The notes under the pieces are model-generated. The model saw only the letters and a program-made list of their open reading frames with translations, was not told where the DNA came from and searched no databases. Position numbers and translations under genes: made by a program. From an uncultured Actinomycetes bacterium (GTDB lineage Bacteria; Actinomycetota; UBA4738; HRBIN12), in contig CAVPIB010000001.1 of assembly GCA_963704885.1 (NCBI GenBank), positions 576,001-640,000 of the forward strand: a DNA stretch of 64,000 nucleotides, read 5' to 3'. Of the stretch, positions 1 through 11,311 are shown piece after piece (positions within the stretch are counted from its first letter, which is position 1; each line of letters begins with the position of its first letter).

Positions 1-447
1 GCCCCCCACGATGTGGCGGCAGAGCTCTCGGGCGACGTCACACCGGTCGCGCCGGGCGAGTCACACGACGTCGCCGGGATCCGGTTCACCACGGTGCCCG
101 CGTACAACACGGCCGAGGAACGTCTCCAGATGCATCCGAAAGCGAACCGCTGGGTCGGCTACGTCCTCGAGCTGAGTGGGTCGAGCTACTACCACGCCGG
201 CGACACGGATCATGCGCCCGAGCTCGACGAGGTCAAGACCGACGTCGCGTTCCTGCCGATCGGCGGGACCTACACGATGGACGTGCCCGAGGCGGCCGGT
301 CTGGCTCGCTCTATCGCGCCGAGGGTCGCGGTGCCGATGCACTTCGGCTTCGTGGTGGGTTCAGCGAGCGACGGCGAGCGCTTCCGTGCCGCAGCCGCGC
401 CGATCCCGGTCGAGATCCTCACGCCGAAGGATCCGTTCGAGCTGTAG
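1..447 (+). CDS. MBL-fold metallo-hydrolase (5'-truncated by window edge)
   Basis: VPAYN..HPK, YYHAGDTD and VAFLPIGGTYTM..PMH motifs of the UlaG/YtkL-like family. Confidence 0.8.
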   Translation, partial: APHDVAAELSGDVTPVAPGESHDVAGIRFTTVPAYNTAEERLQMHPKANRWVGYVLELSGSSYYHAGDTDHAPELDEVKTDVAFLPIGGTYTMDVPEAAGLARSIAPRVAVPMHFGFVVGSASDGERFRAAAAPIPVEILTPKDPFEL

Positions 448-534
448 TGATCACCGCGAACGTGGGTGGCCGCCTAGGAGGGGAGCGGGGGTCGGAAGCG
501 GCTAGCATCAGAGAACGACGCGAGGGGAGAAGAC

Positions 535-1452
535 ATGCTGGGGCTCGGCTACGACGGAGACCTCTTCATCCTGGCGTTCGACCACCGGGGATCGTTCGTC
601 AAGAAGTTCTTCGGGATCGAAGGAACGCCCACGCCCGAGGAGACTCGACGTATCGCCGACGCCAAGACCGTCATCTTCGAGGGCTTCCTAAGGTCGGTGG
701 AGCGTCTCGGCGTCCTGAAGATGAGCGCGGGCGTCCTGGTAGACGAGCAGTTCGGCGCCGCGATCGCCCAACGAGCCCGACAGCAGGAGTTCATCCTGGC
801 GATGCCCGCGGAGAAGTCCGGCCAAGACGAGTTCGACTTCGAGTACGGGGAGGAGTTCGGAGAGCACATCCAGTTCAACGAGCCTACGTTCACGAAGGTC
901 CTGGTCCGGTTCAACCCCGAGGGCGACGGTGCGTTGAACGCCCGGCAGGCTGCCAAGCTCAAGACCCTCTCCGAGTGGCTCCACCACTCTGAACGCAAGT
1001 TCCTCTTCGAGCTGCTGGTCCCTGCGGAGCCGCATCAGCTGGAAACGGTCGAGGGGGATGTCGGACGGTTCGACACCGAGCTCCGCCCGCACCTGATGCG
1101 ATTGGCCATCGCGCAGCTGCAGGCGTCGGGGATCGAGCCCGACATATGGAAGATCGAGGGCATCGACTCGCGCGAGGATTGCGAGGCCATAGCGCAACAA
1201 TGTCGGATCGCGGGGCGCGACCACGTGGCGTGCGTGGTCCTCGGCCGGGGCGCGGACGCCGACGCGGTAGATAACTGGCTCCGTACGGCTAGCGGGGTGC
1301 CGGGATATCAGGGGTTCGCGATCGGGCGTTCGATCTGGTGGGATCCGCTGAAGACGTTCGTCGACGGCTCGATGGCGCGAGAGGCAACGCTGGTCCAGAT
1401 CGCGGAGAACTACGCGCGGTTCGTGCAGGTCTACACGGGTGAGACGAGCTGA
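535..1452 (+). CDS. DUF2090 / IolC C-terminal-like class I aldolase-fold protein
   Basis: LAFDHR, PDIWKIEG, VLGRGA and GFAIGRSIW motifs; GAGGGG RBS upstream. Confidence 0.8.
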   Translation: MLGLGYDGDLFILAFDHRGSFVKKFFGIEGTPTPEETRRIADAKTVIFEGFLRSVERLGVLKMSAGVLVDEQFGAAIAQRARQQEFILAMPAEKSGQDEFDFEYGEEFGEHIQFNEPTFTKVLVRFNPEGDGALNARQAAKLKTLSEWLHHSERKFLFELLVPAEPHQLETVEGDVGRFDTELRPHLMRLAIAQLQASGIEPDIWKIEGIDSREDCEAIAQQCRIAGRDHVACVVLGRGADADAVDNWLRTASGVPGYQGFAIGRSIWWDPLKTFVDGSMAREATLVQIAENYARFVQVYTGETS

Positions 1453-1463
1453 GGAGGCGAGGG

Positions 1464-1667
1464 ATGGGAGTCATCAAGACGATCGACCTGGTGGGCGTGT
1501 CGAGCGAATCTTGGCGTGACGCGGCGCAACAGGCGCTGGCCGAGGCGGCCAAGACGATCCGCGGCATCGACGGCATGGACATCCTCGAGACGAGCGCCGT
1601 CGTGGCGGACAATCAGATCAGCGAGTACCACACGCACGTCCAGATCCGGTTCAGGATCGAGCGATAG
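1464..1667 (+). CDS. dodecin family flavin-binding protein
   Basis: 67 aa, K.I.LVG.S..SW..A...A...A.KTIR; GGAGG RBS. Confidence 0.9.
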   Translation: MGVIKTIDLVGVSSESWRDAAQQALAEAAKTIRGIDGMDILETSAVVADNQISEYHTHVQIRFRIER

Positions 1668-1679
1668 CCGCGCTGCGGG

Positions 1680-2450
1680 TCAGCCGCCGATCAGCAGGCC
1701 CCTCCTTGCCCTGATCCGGCGATCGAGCCGGACGAAGACCAGGTACTCCACCATCACGCCGATCACCACGATCACGGCGACGGTCGCGACCAGCGTCGGG
1801 GCATCGTTCTGAGAACGCGCGAGCAGCTGTCCCAGCCCGGTCGCATCGATGACCGCCGTGATCAACTCGCCCGCCATGAGTGCCTTCCACGCGAAGCCCC
1901 AGGCCTGCTGAAGTCCGCCGACGTATCCGGGCAGCGCCGCCGGGAAGATCACGCCCCGGTAGAGCTGCCAACCTTCAGCCCCCAACGTCCGCCCGGCGCG
2001 CTTCAGCACCGGCGGCACCTGTCCGAAACTCGAGATCGTGGCGAGCGTGACCGAGGGGAAGGCGCCGACGATAGCCACGAAGACCACGGCTCGTTCGGTG
2101 AGCCCGAACCACACCACCGCGAGGGGGAGCCAGGCGATGAAGGGCGTTATCTGCAAGGCGACCACGAGTGGCCGGATAGACCTGCGCGCGAACTCGTTCA
2201 GTGCCAGGCTGAACCCGAGCGCCGTCCCGATCACGATCGACACCACGAACGAGAACATCAACCGGACCAGCGTCTTCACGACGGCATCCGGGATGGTGCC
2301 GTCCGAGATCCCACTCTTCAACGCGCTCCATACCGCGGCGGGCGAGGGCACCGTCTGCGGCGATGCGAACGCCGCCACGATCGACCAGACCACCAGCAGT
2401 CCGATCACGCCGGCGAGTGGCGGCCCGACCTCGCGCGCGACCCGCCTCAC
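1680..2450 (-). CDS. ABC transporter permease (nitrate/sulfonate/taurine type)
   Basis: Multiple TM helices, RAGRTLGA..PAALP (EAA-like) motif, W..LMAGEL; GTG start overlaps the ATPase stop. Confidence 0.85.
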   Translation of the reverse strand: MRRVAREVGPPLAGVIGLLVVWSIVAAFASPQTVPSPAAVWSALKSGISDGTIPDAVVKTLVRLMFSFVVSIVIGTALGFSLALNEFARRSIRPLVVALQITPFIAWLPLAVVWFGLTERAVVFVAIVGAFPSVTLATISSFGQVPPVLKRAGRTLGAEGWQLYRGVIFPAALPGYVGGLQQAWGFAWKALMAGELITAVIDATGLGQLLARSQNDAPTLVATVAVIVVIGVMVEYLVFVRLDRRIRARRGLLIGG

Positions 2451-3277
2451 GACTCGCCGCCTTTGTTGACCTCGAGCATCAGGATGTCGTGGATCTCGGA
2501 GACGACGCGAGATACGAGCGCGTCGTCCAGCTGCCGCGGCCGGGGTGCGTGGATGCGTTGTTCTTCCAAGAGCTTTCCAGGGGCGGCCGTCATGACCAGA
2601 ACTCGGTCGGCCAGCAGCGCGGCCTCCCGGACGTTGTGAGTGACGAACACGAACGTCTTGCGACCCTGGCTTTCCACCCACACGCGCTGTAGCTCGTTCT
2701 GGAGGAGCTCGCGCGCCTGTGCGTCCAGCGCGCCGAAGGGCTCGTCGCCCAAGATCACATCCGGATCGCATGCCAGTGCACGGGCCAGCGCTGTTCGCTG
2801 CCGCATCCCCGCCGAGAGCTCATGCGGCTGCGCGTCCGCGAAGTTCGTGAGATGTACGTTCTCCAGCCAGCCCATAGCGCGATCCCGCCGCTCGTCCTGA
2901 GGCACCCCGATGTGCTTGAGCGCGAACTCCACGTTGGCCACGACCGAAAGCCAGGGGAAGAGCGCGGGTTCCTGGAACAGGACGGCACGATCGGGCCCCG
3001 GTCCCACGATCGGCTCCCCGTCGAGCAGTGCCTGGCCCGACGTGGGTGCGTCCAGTCCCGCCAGGATGTTCAAGATCGTGGTCTTGCCGCAGCCCGAGGG
3101 CCCCAGCAGGCAGACGAACTCGCCCTGCAGGACGTCGAGGGTGACGTGGTCTACGGCGGTGACCGTCATGCCGGTGGTGGACGTGCGGGTCTTGACCAGA
3201 TCGCGAAGGGCGAGCTTGGGCGCCGCGGCATCCCGCGGACCGAGAGTTGCCACGGCGCCCTCGGCTCGATCGGCCAT
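2447..3277 (-). CDS. ABC transporter ATP-binding protein (NitT/TauT type)
   Basis: Walker A GPSGCGKT, FQEPALFPW, signature LSAGM, DEPFGALD, VTH; ATG at 3277. Confidence 0.9.
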   Translation of the reverse strand: MADRAEGAVATLGPRDAAAPKLALRDLVKTRTSTTGMTVTAVDHVTLDVLQGEFVCLLGPSGCGKTTILNILAGLDAPTSGQALLDGEPIVGPGPDRAVLFQEPALFPWLSVVANVEFALKHIGVPQDERRDRAMGWLENVHLTNFADAQPHELSAGMRQRTALARALACDPDVILGDEPFGALDAQARELLQNELQRVWVESQGRKTFVFVTHNVREAALLADRVLVMTAAPGKLLEEQRIHAPRPRQLDDALVSRVVSEIHDILMLEVNKGGES

Positions 3278-3465
3278 CAGCGCAACCTGAACTTCTCGGC
3301 CATCTCTATCTGCACGACCTTGCCGTCCTGGATCACCAAGACGACCGTTCCGAACTTGATCTTCTGGATGATGTCGGCGACCTTGGCCAGGACCAGGCGC
3401 TCGTCGTCGGTCAATTCGGCCAGTCGTTCCTGCGTGCTCTGCTCCGGGACGGGATCGTCGGCCAC
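3277..3465 (-). CDS. YezD/DUF2292 family small protein
   Basis: IKFGTVVLVIQDGKVVQIE..EKFRL signature, 62 aa. Confidence 0.85.
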   Translation of the reverse strand: MADDPVPEQSTQERLAELTDDERLVLAKVADIIQKIKFGTVVLVIQDGKVVQIEMAEKFRLR

Positions 3466-3474
3466 GATCGGATA

Positions 3475-4515
3475 CTAGGCCGCGATCGACTCGGTCACGA
3501 GGGGGGTCGCCTCCAGCGTGCGACGGGTCTTCGCGAAGTAGGCGATCGAGGCGACGAATCCCACCACGAACGGAGCTCCGATAGCCTGCCACCTGATCCA
3601 TGTCCTTCGACTGAGGCCGGCGGCTTCCCACTGGACCTCAGCATGATTCGCGGCGTCGATCGCGCCCCACAGCGGGAGTGCCACCAAGCCGACGACCAGC
3701 AAGACCACGCCGAGCATCTCCGTTGACAGGTTGAGCAACTTCAGCCCGGACGCGAGTAGGACGAGCACGAGCGCCGGGCGGATCACCCCGTCGGGTGCCT
3801 TGGAGGACATCCGTGCGCCCACGTAGACCCCTGGGATGGAGCCGACCAGGATCGAGGTGGTGAGCCCCGCCTCGAAGTCCCCGAAGAAGATGTGTGTAAG
3901 GGCGGCCGCTGCCACCAGCGGGACCGCTTGCACCAGGTCGGTTCCGACCAACTCTGCGCCCCGCATGCTGGGGTACAACAGCATCAGCGACACGATGATG
4001 ACCGAACCCGAGCCCACGGAGGTCATCCCGACGAGTAGGCCGCCGACGATGCCGATCAGGATGGTCGGGAGAGGCTTCACTTTCAGCGGAGGAGGCTGCG
4101 TGCCCGAGGAACGATGCTGCGCGTTGCGGCGCCCCTGGAGCCACGCCTTCGAGACCATCGCCACCGCGGCCATCATCAATGTGGCTCCCAGCAGCAGCTT
4201 GATCGTGTTCTGCACGTCCTCGCTGTTGCCCAAGCTCCGCAGGATGAAGACACCAGACGCGGCGGCCGGGATCGAGCCGATAGCCAGCCAAAGAACCAGT
4301 TCCCAGCGGACGGTCTTGCGCCGGATGTGCACGCCGCTGCCGACCGGCTTCATGATCATGGCGGCGACCAGGTCGCTGGACACCGCCGCGCTGGGCGGGA
4401 TCCCGAAAACCAAGACGAGGATCGGGGTCATGAGCGCCCCGCCGCCCATGCCGGTCAGCCCGACGGTGAATCCGACGAGCAGCGCGGCGAACGTGACATA
4501 GAGGTCGATGTCCAT
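3475..4515 (-). CDS. TauE/SafE sulfite exporter family protein
   Basis: VGLTGMGGGALMTP, VGMTSVGSGS, LVGTDL.QAVPL motifs; ATG at 4515. Confidence 0.9.
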   Translation of the reverse strand: MDIDLYVTFAALLVGFTVGLTGMGGGALMTPILVLVFGIPPSAAVSSDLVAAMIMKPVGSGVHIRRKTVRWELVLWLAIGSIPAAASGVFILRSLGNSEDVQNTIKLLLGATLMMAAVAMVSKAWLQGRRNAQHRSSGTQPPPLKVKPLPTILIGIVGGLLVGMTSVGSGSVIIVSLMLLYPSMRGAELVGTDLVQAVPLVAAAALTHIFFGDFEAGLTTSILVGSIPGVYVGARMSSKAPDGVIRPALVLVLLASGLKLLNLSTEMLGVVLLVVGLVALPLWGAIDAANHAEVQWEAAGLSRRTWIRWQAIGAPFVVGFVASIAYFAKTRRTLEATPLVTESIAA

Positions 4516-4542
4516 CTGGTCTTCCCTGTGCTTCCCAAGGAA

Positions 4543-4618
4543 CAACAAAGGCCACGGCGAAGAAAGAGGGTTCCGCCGCGGCCTCCAGTCGTCTGGTCAG
4601 CTGCTTCAGGGGATGCTA
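4543..4618 (-). promoter_or_regulatory. -10 promoter plus leader attenuator (conserved 28-nt motif and intrinsic terminator), copy 1
   Basis: Minus strand TAGCAT (4613-4618), then GCAGCTGACCAGACGACTGGAGGCCGCG (4577-4604), hairpin AGGCCGCGGCG/CGCCGTGGCCT, then TTGTTGTT. Confidence 0.75.
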
Positions 4619-4692
4619 GCTGCGGCGATGGGGGGCGTCAATCAGCCGGATGATGCGGGACCTTCGCCCCGGATCAATCGTCCGAACGGCGG

Positions 4693-5889
4693 CTATGCGG
4701 TGTGCGTTCCGAACAGGAGTCCCGAGAGTAGGAACGTGATCGGGAGCAGGAACAGCGTGCCGACGAAGAACGCCAAGCGACGGTTCGAGGCGACCAGGTA
4801 GTCGTCCAAGCCGAGCACCGCCGTCTTCACTGGTCGATACACGAAGGCGAGGATGATCAGGGAGACGAGCGTGACCCCGATCGCCTCTGCAAGCACGATC
4901 TGTCCTGCGATGGGGGTGTTCTGCAACATCGCCACCACCAGGGTGTCGGCGAGAGTGGTGATGTTCGCGCCCATGATGTAGGGGAGGGCCTCCTCGCGCT
5001 TCACGTAGCCCTTGGCCGCAAGCGGCACCAACACGGTGAGTGCCACAGACACAGATAGCGTGAGGAACGCCACGAGGCATCCCAGGCCGAACATGGTCCA
5101 CGGGTGCTTCAACCACTTCGCGTGGTTGGAGACCGCGGTCCCTGTGCTGAGGTTCGGCAGAACGCGATCGAGGAGGCTGAACGAGACCAAGATCACGCCG
5201 AGACCGACAAGGAACAGCGCCCAGCCAGGCAGGTTGACCGAGGCCGCGTCGACGAGTGGGCCCCAGAGCGCGCCCAACAGGGCCTCCATCTTCGCGGAGG
5301 CGTGCCAGTTCATCCCGTCCAGCAGGCCGCCGCGCAGGATCGCGTAGCCGATGAGCATGCCGGGGATGTACACGATCGCGGTCATGGTCATCGCCTGGAT
5401 GCCGATCCCGATCGACTCTCCGCGATCCCGGCTCCGGTTCCTCATGGCGTAGAGGAAGCCGGTCATCAGCACGATGAAGGACGCGCCCAGCCGCGAGCCG
5501 GAGAGCATGGTGAACGTCTGGAGCTTGGTGAGCGTGCCGGCGCCGAACAAGCTGATGGCGGTCGCGGCGACCGGCGAGCCCGACAGCACGAAGTAGGCCC
5601 CCAGCCAACCCGTGCCCAGCGTGGAGACGCCGTTCGCGAACGGGAACTGACCCTTGATCTGCGGCCCCACAGCAGTGGCGCCGGCCTTCATCAACTGGAT
5701 CGCCAGGATGAACAGGAAGATCGCCGGTAGGAACAACGCGAGCTTCTTGATGACGTACCACGCGCCGCGCTCAACGACCTCAACGGTGTGGTGGTCGACC
5801 AAGTGGTGCTCGCTCGGGTGGTGGTCGCCCAGCCCAGGAACCAGGACGAGCTCATCCGTGAGCTCGGCGCGGCTCTGAACCTCTTCCAT
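4693..5889 (-). CDS. Na/Pi-cotransporter-like membrane protein
   Basis: Two repeats (LSGSPVAA..SGSRLGAS; TLSVSVAL..YIMGANITTL) typical of the Na/Pi cotransporter family; GGGAGG RBS before ATG 5889; His-rich N-terminus. Confidence 0.7.
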   Translation of the reverse strand: MEEVQSRAELTDELVLVPGLGDHHPSEHHLVDHHTVEVVERGAWYVIKKLALFLPAIFLFILAIQLMKAGATAVGPQIKGQFPFANGVSTLGTGWLGAYFVLSGSPVAATAISLFGAGTLTKLQTFTMLSGSRLGASFIVLMTGFLYAMRNRSRDRGESIGIGIQAMTMTAIVYIPGMLIGYAILRGGLLDGMNWHASAKMEALLGALWGPLVDAASVNLPGWALFLVGLGVILVSFSLLDRVLPNLSTGTAVSNHAKWLKHPWTMFGLGCLVAFLTLSVSVALTVLVPLAAKGYVKREEALPYIMGANITTLADTLVVAMLQNTPIAGQIVLAEAIGVTLVSLIILAFVYRPVKTAVLGLDDYLVASNRRLAFFVGTLFLLPITFLLSGLLFGTHTA

Positions 5890-5906
5890 GCGATCCTCCC
5901 TTGGCA

Positions 5907-5974
5907 ACGGAAAAGGCCGCGGCGCAAGATGCGTCGCGGCCTCCAGTCGTCTGGTCAGCTGCCGGGGCACCGTA
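5907..5974 (-). promoter_or_regulatory. -10 promoter plus leader attenuator (conserved 28-nt motif and intrinsic terminator), copy 2
   Basis: Minus strand TGgTACGGT (-10 at 5969-5974), identical 28-mer at 5935-5962, hairpin AGGCCGCGACGC/GCGCCGCGGCCT, then TTTCCGTT. Confidence 0.75.
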
Positions 5975-6085
5975 CCAACCGGTCTTCCGAAGCGTCAAGG
6001 ACCGAAGGGCTAGCTTCGGCTCCCGCCGTTCGGCCTATCCCACACCGGCCGTGCGGTCAATGCGGTCCTCTAGACTGTGGGCGCC

Positions 6086-7360
6086 ATGCCGGCCTCGATC
6101 GTGCTCGGGACGCAGTGGGGGGACGAGGGCAAGGGCAAGGCGGTCGACTACCTGGCGGATCGGATGGACTTCGTGGTCCGCTATCAAGGCGGCAACAACG
6201 CGGGCCACACCGTGATCGCCGAGGGACGGCTGCTGAAGCTCCAGCTGATCCCCTCGGGCATCCTCTACGACCACATCACGTCGGTGATCGCCGACGGGGT
6301 GGTGGTGGACCCGCGCCACCTGATCAAAGAGATGGCGTCGCTCCGCGAGCTGGGCATCGACGTCTCCCGGCTGGTCGTGTCCGGCAACGCTCACATGATC
6401 ATGCCGTACCACTTGGAGTTGGAGAAGGTGACAGAGCGGTTCCTGGGCAAGAACGCGCTCGGCACCACCAAGCGAGGGATCGGCCCGGCCTATGGCGACA
6501 AGGCCGCGCGCATCGGCCTGCGCATCCAGGACCTGTTCGACGCGAAGATCTTCCGCGAGAAGCTCGACGTGGTCCTGCGGGAGAAGAACCTGATCCTCAC
6601 GAAGATCTACAACCGATTGCCGCTCGACGCCGACCTGATCGTCGAGGAGTACATGGAACTGGCATCGCAGCTGGAGCCGCACGTCGCCGACACCGGGGCG
6701 CTCCTGCATCACGGCTTGCGCGACGGCAAGCACGTGATGCTCGAGGGCGCGCAGGGCACCCTGCTCGACCTGGATCACGGGACGTATCCGTTCGTGACGT
6801 CGTCGAACCCCGTTGCCGGCTACGCCCTCGCGTCCGCGGGCATCGGTCCACTCGAGGTGGACCGAGTGATCGGGATCGTGAAGGCCTATGTCACCCGCGT
6901 GGGCGCTGGGCCGTTCCCGACCGAGGACCTCGGCGTCGTGGGCGAGCGGTTGGGTGTGAGAGGAAAGGAGTTCGGGACCGTCACCGGCCGCAAGCGCCGG
7001 TGCGGCTGGTTCGACGCTGTGCTGGCACGCTACGCGGCTCGGCTGAACGGCCTGACCGAGCAGTTCGTGACCAAGCTCGACGTGCTCTCGGGATTCGAGA
7101 AGGTGAAGATCTGCACCGGGTACCGAGCCGACGGCGAACTCTATGAGGACTTCCCGCCGCACCAATCCCTATTCCACAAGGCCGAGCCCGTGTTCGAGGA
7201 GCTCGACGGGTGGATGGAGGAGATCGACGAAGCGAAGACGTTCGAAGACCTGCCTAAACAGGCGCGCGCGTATGTGCAGCGCATGGCCGAACTGGTGAGC
7301 GTCCCGGTGTCGGTCGTTTCGATCGGACCCGCGCGCGAGCAGAGCTTGCCGGTCGGATGA
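6086..7360 (+). CDS. purA: adenylosuccinate synthetase
   Basis: QWGDEGKGK, GGNNAGHT, EGAQG..LD..HGTYPFVTSS, G.EFGTVTGRKRRCGW. Confidence 0.97.
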   Translation: MPASIVLGTQWGDEGKGKAVDYLADRMDFVVRYQGGNNAGHTVIAEGRLLKLQLIPSGILYDHITSVIADGVVVDPRHLIKEMASLRELGIDVSRLVVSGNAHMIMPYHLELEKVTERFLGKNALGTTKRGIGPAYGDKAARIGLRIQDLFDAKIFREKLDVVLREKNLILTKIYNRLPLDADLIVEEYMELASQLEPHVADTGALLHHGLRDGKHVMLEGAQGTLLDLDHGTYPFVTSSNPVAGYALASAGIGPLEVDRVIGIVKAYVTRVGAGPFPTEDLGVVGERLGVRGKEFGTVTGRKRRCGWFDAVLARYAARLNGLTEQFVTKLDVLSGFEKVKICTGYRADGELYEDFPPHQSLFHKAEPVFEELDGWMEEIDEAKTFEDLPKQARAYVQRMAELVSVPVSVVSIGPAREQSLPVG

Positions 7361-8634
7361 AGGTCTTGCTCGTCGGCGCGGGCGCCCGCGAGCACGCGCT
7401 GGCGTGGCGGCTGGCGCAGAGTCCACTCGTGGACCAGTTGGTGGTCGCGCCCGGCAACGCGGGGATCGCGTCGCTGGCCCGTTGTGAACCTGTGGACATC
7501 AACGACATCAACGGACTGGTGTCGCTGGCCGTAAGGGAGGACGCCGACCTCACGGTCGTCGGTCCCGAGGCCCCACTGGTCGCCGGCCTGGCCGACGAGC
7601 TGGAGGCGCGCGGACGCCGCGTGTTCGGACCGACGAAGGCGGGCGCCGCTCTCGAGGGCTCGAAGGCGTTCGCCAAGGACCTGATGCTGCGACACGGGAT
7701 CCCGACCGCGCGCTCCGGCGCGTTCACCGACGTGGAGAAGGCCACGGCGTTCGTGGATGAGCTCGGAGGCAGGGCGGTCGTGAAGGCCGACGGCCTGGCG
7801 GCGGGCAAGGGCGTGACCGTCGCGCTCGAACGGGCGACGGCGATCGGTGCACTTGAGGACTCGCTGGTGCGAGGCGCGTTCGGGGTGGCGGGGTCGACGG
7901 TGGTCGTCGAGGAGTTGCTGGAAGGTCCGGAGATCTCGGTGTTCGCGTTGATGGATCGAGACACGTTAGTTCCGCTCGGACTCGCGCAGGACTTCAAGAG
8001 GATCGGCGACGGCGACGTAGGCCCCAATACCGGGGGGATGGGCGCGTACTCGCCGCTCCCATGGCTCGACACGGAGATCGAGGGCCGCATCTGGGAGGAG
8101 TCGGTGATACCGACGTTCCACGCTCTCCGCGACGAGGGCATCGGATATCGGGGGTGTCTGTTCGCAGGTGTGATGCTGACGGCGGATGGCCCCAAGGTTC
8201 TCGAGTTCAACTGCCGGTTCGGTGATCCAGAGACCGAGGTGCTGATCCCCCGGATCGGCGGGGACCTCGCCGCGCAGCTCCTGGCCTGCGCCCAGGGGCG
8301 CCTCTCGGGGTCCGTAGCCAGCGAAAGCCCGGATGCGGCCGTGACCGTCGTCCTGGCGTCTGCCGGCTATCCAGGGCCTTACGAGGCGGGCTTCGAGATC
8401 CACGGGCTGGACGCGGCCGGAGAGGTGGAGGGCGTGACCGTATTCCACGCTGGGACCGCGATGCGGGACGGTAGAGTGGTGACCGCCGGGGGCCGCGTGC
8501 TTGCGGTGAGTGCGCTCGGGGCTACGCTCCGCGACGCGCACGCCCGGGTGTACGAGGCCTGCGGTCTGATCACGTTCGAAGGTATGCGGTACCGCAACGA
8601 CATCGCCGCCGCGGCGGCGGAAGGGGAGCGATAG
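7357..8634 (+). CDS. purD: phosphoribosylamine-glycine ligase
   Basis: GAREHAL, LEGSKAFAK, KADGLAAGKGV, GPNTGGMGAYSP, EFNCRFGDPE. Confidence 0.97.
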   Translation: MKVLLVGAGAREHALAWRLAQSPLVDQLVVAPGNAGIASLARCEPVDINDINGLVSLAVREDADLTVVGPEAPLVAGLADELEARGRRVFGPTKAGAALEGSKAFAKDLMLRHGIPTARSGAFTDVEKATAFVDELGGRAVVKADGLAAGKGVTVALERATAIGALEDSLVRGAFGVAGSTVVVEELLEGPEISVFALMDRDTLVPLGLAQDFKRIGDGDVGPNTGGMGAYSPLPWLDTEIEGRIWEESVIPTFHALRDEGIGYRGCLFAGVMLTADGPKVLEFNCRFGDPETEVLIPRIGGDLAAQLLACAQGRLSGSVASESPDAAVTVVLASAGYPGPYEAGFEIHGLDAAGEVEGVTVFHAGTAMRDGRVVTAGGRVLAVSALGATLRDAHARVYEACGLITFEGMRYRNDIAAAAAEGER

Positions 8635-9107
8635 GTGGTCGACCAGACGCCGAAGGTCGGAGTGCTCGCCGCGTCGCCGTCCGAGCTCCCGATCATGCGC
8701 CAGGCTGGGTTGATCCTGGAGAAGTTCGACATCGCGCACGAGGTCCAGATCATGTCCTCGTCGCGGACCCCGGATCTCGTCGACGAGTACGCCCGCACCG
8801 CTTTCGAGCGTGGCCTCAAGGTCGTTATCTGTTCGACCGGCATGTCGGGGCATCTGGCCGCGGCCGTGGCTGCGCGCACGATCCTGCCCGTTATCGGCGT
8901 GCCGATCGCGTCGTCGCCGCAGATGGTGGGCAACGAGGCGCTCGCGATCACCGCACAGATGCCCACCGGGGTCCCGGTCGCCACCGTTGGCGTTGACGCC
9001 GCCGTGAACGCCGCCGTATTGGCTGCGCAGATCGTGGCGATCGGCGACCCCAGCGTGCAGACGATCCTCTGGAAGTTCAAGGACGACCTGGGAGAGGGCC
9101 TGAGACT

Positions 9108-9111
<4 letters not shown>
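8635..9111 (+). CDS. purE: PurE-family AIR carboxylase/N5-CAIR mutase (divergent active site)
   Basis: T.LPVIGVP, QMP.GVPVATV, NAA.LA motifs and operon position; SAHR replaced by SSSR. Confidence 0.85.
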
Positions 9112-10417
<1,306 letters not shown>

Positions 10418-10421
<4 letters not shown>

Positions 10422-11311
10422 GCGCGAGCGCCGGTCTGCACGCACGCGGCAAGGTCCGCGACGTCTACGAGGCCGGCGACGATCTTCTGCTGGTGGCCAC
10501 CGACCGGATCAGCGCGTTCGATGTGGTCCTTCCCACGCCGATCCCAGATAAGGGCCGGGTGCTGACGGGCCTCTCGCTGTTCTGGTTCGACCGGACGTCG
10601 GATCTGGTGCGCGATCACCTGATCACGGCGGACCGAGCCGCGTTCCCGCCGCCGTTCGTCGACGATCCGTCCCTCGCCGGGCGCGCGATGCTCGTGACGC
10701 GCGCGGACGTGATCCCCGTCGAGTGCATCGCGCGAGGCTACCTCTCCGGATCGGGGTGGAAGCAGTACCAGCTCGAGGGCGCGGTCTGTGGCGTGAAGCT
10801 TCCGCCGGCACTGGTCGAGTCGGACCGCCTGCCCGAGCCGATCTTCACGCCGACCACGAAGGCGACGGCGGGTCACGACATTCCGCTCTCGCCGCAAGAG
10901 ACCCGCGATCTGTTGGGCATCGGGTTGGCCGAGCGCCTGAAGGAGCTCACATTGACCATCTACGAACGGGCCGCCGCCGTCGCGATGGAGCGCGGGATCA
11001 TCCTGGCAGACACCAAGTTCGAGTTCGGGTTCGCCGGTGGCGAGCTGATGCTGATCGACGAGGTCTGCACCCCGGACTCCTCGCGCTTCTGGCCGGCCGA
11101 TCGCTATGCGCCGGGCGGCGCACAGCCTTCGTTCGACAAGCAGTACGTACGCGATTGGCTGGACGCGAGCGGCTGGAACCACGAGCCGCCACCGCCGGAG
11201 ATCCGAGATGACGTCGTTGCACAGACGGCCGGCCGATACCGGGAGGCGTACGAGCGACTGACGGGCGAGCGGTTCGATGACTACCTGATCAGGATGGGGG
11301 CACGATCGTGA
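10418..11311 (+). CDS. purC: SAICAR synthetase
   Basis: GKVRDVY, ATDRISAFD, ADTKFEFG, DEV.TPDSSRFW, FDKQ. Confidence 0.97.

Noticed and set aside
4543-5974. SAM, T-box or cobalamin riboswitch as the identity of the repeated leader
   Set aside because: The conserved part is only ~28 nt and lacks the core motifs of these families; kept as an unknown attenuator.
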